DNA of 63,942 nucleotides, the filler included, from Octopus bimaculoides (taxonomy: Eukaryota): NCBI RefSeq assembly GCF_001194135.2. It is 6 parts of 6 records of this genome, joined end to end, with 100 filler letters (N's around TTAATTAATTAA, not from the genome) between each part and the next. Parts side by side here need not be neighbours in the genome. Positions count along the whole stretch, not along the records: positions 62,436 to 63,942 come from NC_068995.1; 5 more parts are not named here. One strand, given 5' to 3'. Below, piece by piece: positions 62,470 through 63,942 of the stretch. A model generated the notes under the pieces. That model was not told the origin of the DNA. It searched no databases and was given only the letters and a program-made list of their open reading frames with translations. Within the stretch, counting starts at the first letter, position 1; each line of letters begins with the position of its first letter. The position numbers and the translations under genes are program-made.

Positions 62470-63585
62470 GGGCTTCTTTTTTTTCTATTTTGTCGTTTTC
62501 TAAGACGAGTCATCATAATGGTTTGAGAAATATTTGGTTGCTTGTTTGGAAACGAAGCCCCCCCCCCTTTTTTTTCCTTCGTTTGGTGGAGATTTGTACT
62601 GAGGTTTCCTGAAGGCATATTACTCATCTAGTAATAGCATTATAACACCTGCATAGTAAACTGAACGCTTAAGGTTCGATCCACAGGCTCGCAGTTACAG
62701 ATATACACTGTTTTTTATTAGCAGGATGCTATATTGTGCACTTTGGCTTACAGTGCTTGTCGGTGTTGTTGTTGCTGTTGTTGTTGTTGTTGTTGTTGTT
62801 AAGCCTCATTTCAGCCTTGATCGTGCTGACCTATTATAAGAAACCTTTTCAATCAAAACCGTACCACCTTTTCTCTATGTGCTGGGAATGCAAGATGGCA
62901 CTACCCAATATCATCATTTTTGACGGTAGGATATAATCCGAGGGAAGTTTGGCAGTTATTTCTGGCAAGTTGACTTGAGCAACCACGTAGGAGCTACCCC
63001 CTTGCTGCAGCCGCTGCAGCCGCCGCGGTCGTCGTCACCATCGTTGTCATCATCGTCGTCGTCGTCGTCGAGTCGATGCCGCTGTCGCTTTTCTTCTCTA
63101 TCCCAGATAATCCCCCTGACCGAATAGGTCTATAACTGAAGACCTTCCAGGCGCAACCATCCTGTATTTTTCTCACGTGCAGGTAATCTTAGACCATATT
63201 ATCCAATCTATCTTTTTATTTTTTAGGAAGGTATCTTAGTCTATTTTATTTTAGGGAAAACAAGTCCTACGTCATTAAATGTAACATTCCACATCTGAAT
63301 GACATGGTTTTAGTGACACCATGGCAAAGGTTTCACTACTAATTTTACAGAAATTTAATTCCTGTCTGACAGAGATTTGGGTATTTTTTTTTAACAGATC
63401 GAGCCAACAGATAAAGGCTTCCATATTGATTCATGTGTATGCTTGGCGGTTTTAACGTCATTGGGTATCAGTATCGGTTCTTCTGAGCGCCGATTCGTCG
63501 TCGCTGCACCTCGTTTGACTCGTTTCTAAACAGCAGATTTTTAAACTGAACTGATGAATTGAGACCAGAATTCATTGGTTATTCC

Positions 63586-63617
63586 AAACAAGATGAGGAC
63601 AAATATCCGTCAAATGT
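63586..63617 (+). mobile_element. Fragment of the same Penelope-type repeat as 44726
   Basis: aaacaagatgaggacaaatatccgtcaaatgt versus aaacaagatgaggacgaatatccgtcaaatgt (1 mismatch). Confidence 0.7.
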
Positions 63618-63942
63618 TTTTGTTTTGTTTTATTTCTTGCCTTTAACCTTCCAACGCGGAGTATAGGCCACTTATAATTGAATTCTATGTCGCATAATTT
63701 TTCGCTTCTGTACTTATACTCTGCCATGAATGTCCCCTTTTCTCTAGTTCCTTTTGTGTTGATCTACGCCACGAGTTCTTAGGCCTACCTTTCTATCTAT
63801 ATCCATCCAGATTCCAATGTAAAGCACTTTTCGTGACATTTGGTGTGTCTTTTCTAATTGTGCTACCAATCCACTTCCACTTTTTCTTAAATATTTGCTC
63901 CCTAATCGAAACTCCGTCAAATGTATACATAAATATATATAT

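Overview
Eukaryotic, AT-rich, microsatellite-saturated animal genomic DNA. The SINE families and repeat landscape look like an octopus (coleoid cephalopod) assembly, which is inference. The window is not one continuous locus: five identical 100-bp artificial joins (44 N + TTAATTAATTAA + 44 N) split it into six segments (1-4331, 4432-29359, 29460-50911, 51012-59417, 59518-62335, 62436-63942). No host protein-coding gene, rRNA, true tRNA gene or CRISPR array can be firmly supported. Almost all ORF-track entries are microsatellite or N artefacts. The recognisable content is mobile DNA: about 25 tRNA-derived SINE copies from several modular families, two RTE LINE fragments, an R4/Dong-type RLE LINE fragment, four Tc1/mariner-superfamily transposase remnants, piggyBac-like MITEs, a complete 91-bp mini-Helitron, two nested Ty3/Gypsy elements and several fold-back repeats. 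Best leads: (1) a Penelope-type fold-back repeat with an intact minimal hammerhead ribozyme core, plus two degenerate relatives; (2) a Gypsy element whose pol ends at RNase H directly before PPT and LTR (Gmr1-like order), nested in a Mag-like element with a duplicated tRNA-Ser PBS; (3) a mariner with two left ends forming about 270-bp inverted repeats; (4) two back-to-back inverted SINE pairs that could be ADAR substrates; (5) a CpG-depleted scaffold block; (6) two pre-miRNA-sized hairpins and a speculative multi-exon gene. Coordinates and mismatch counts were read by eye.
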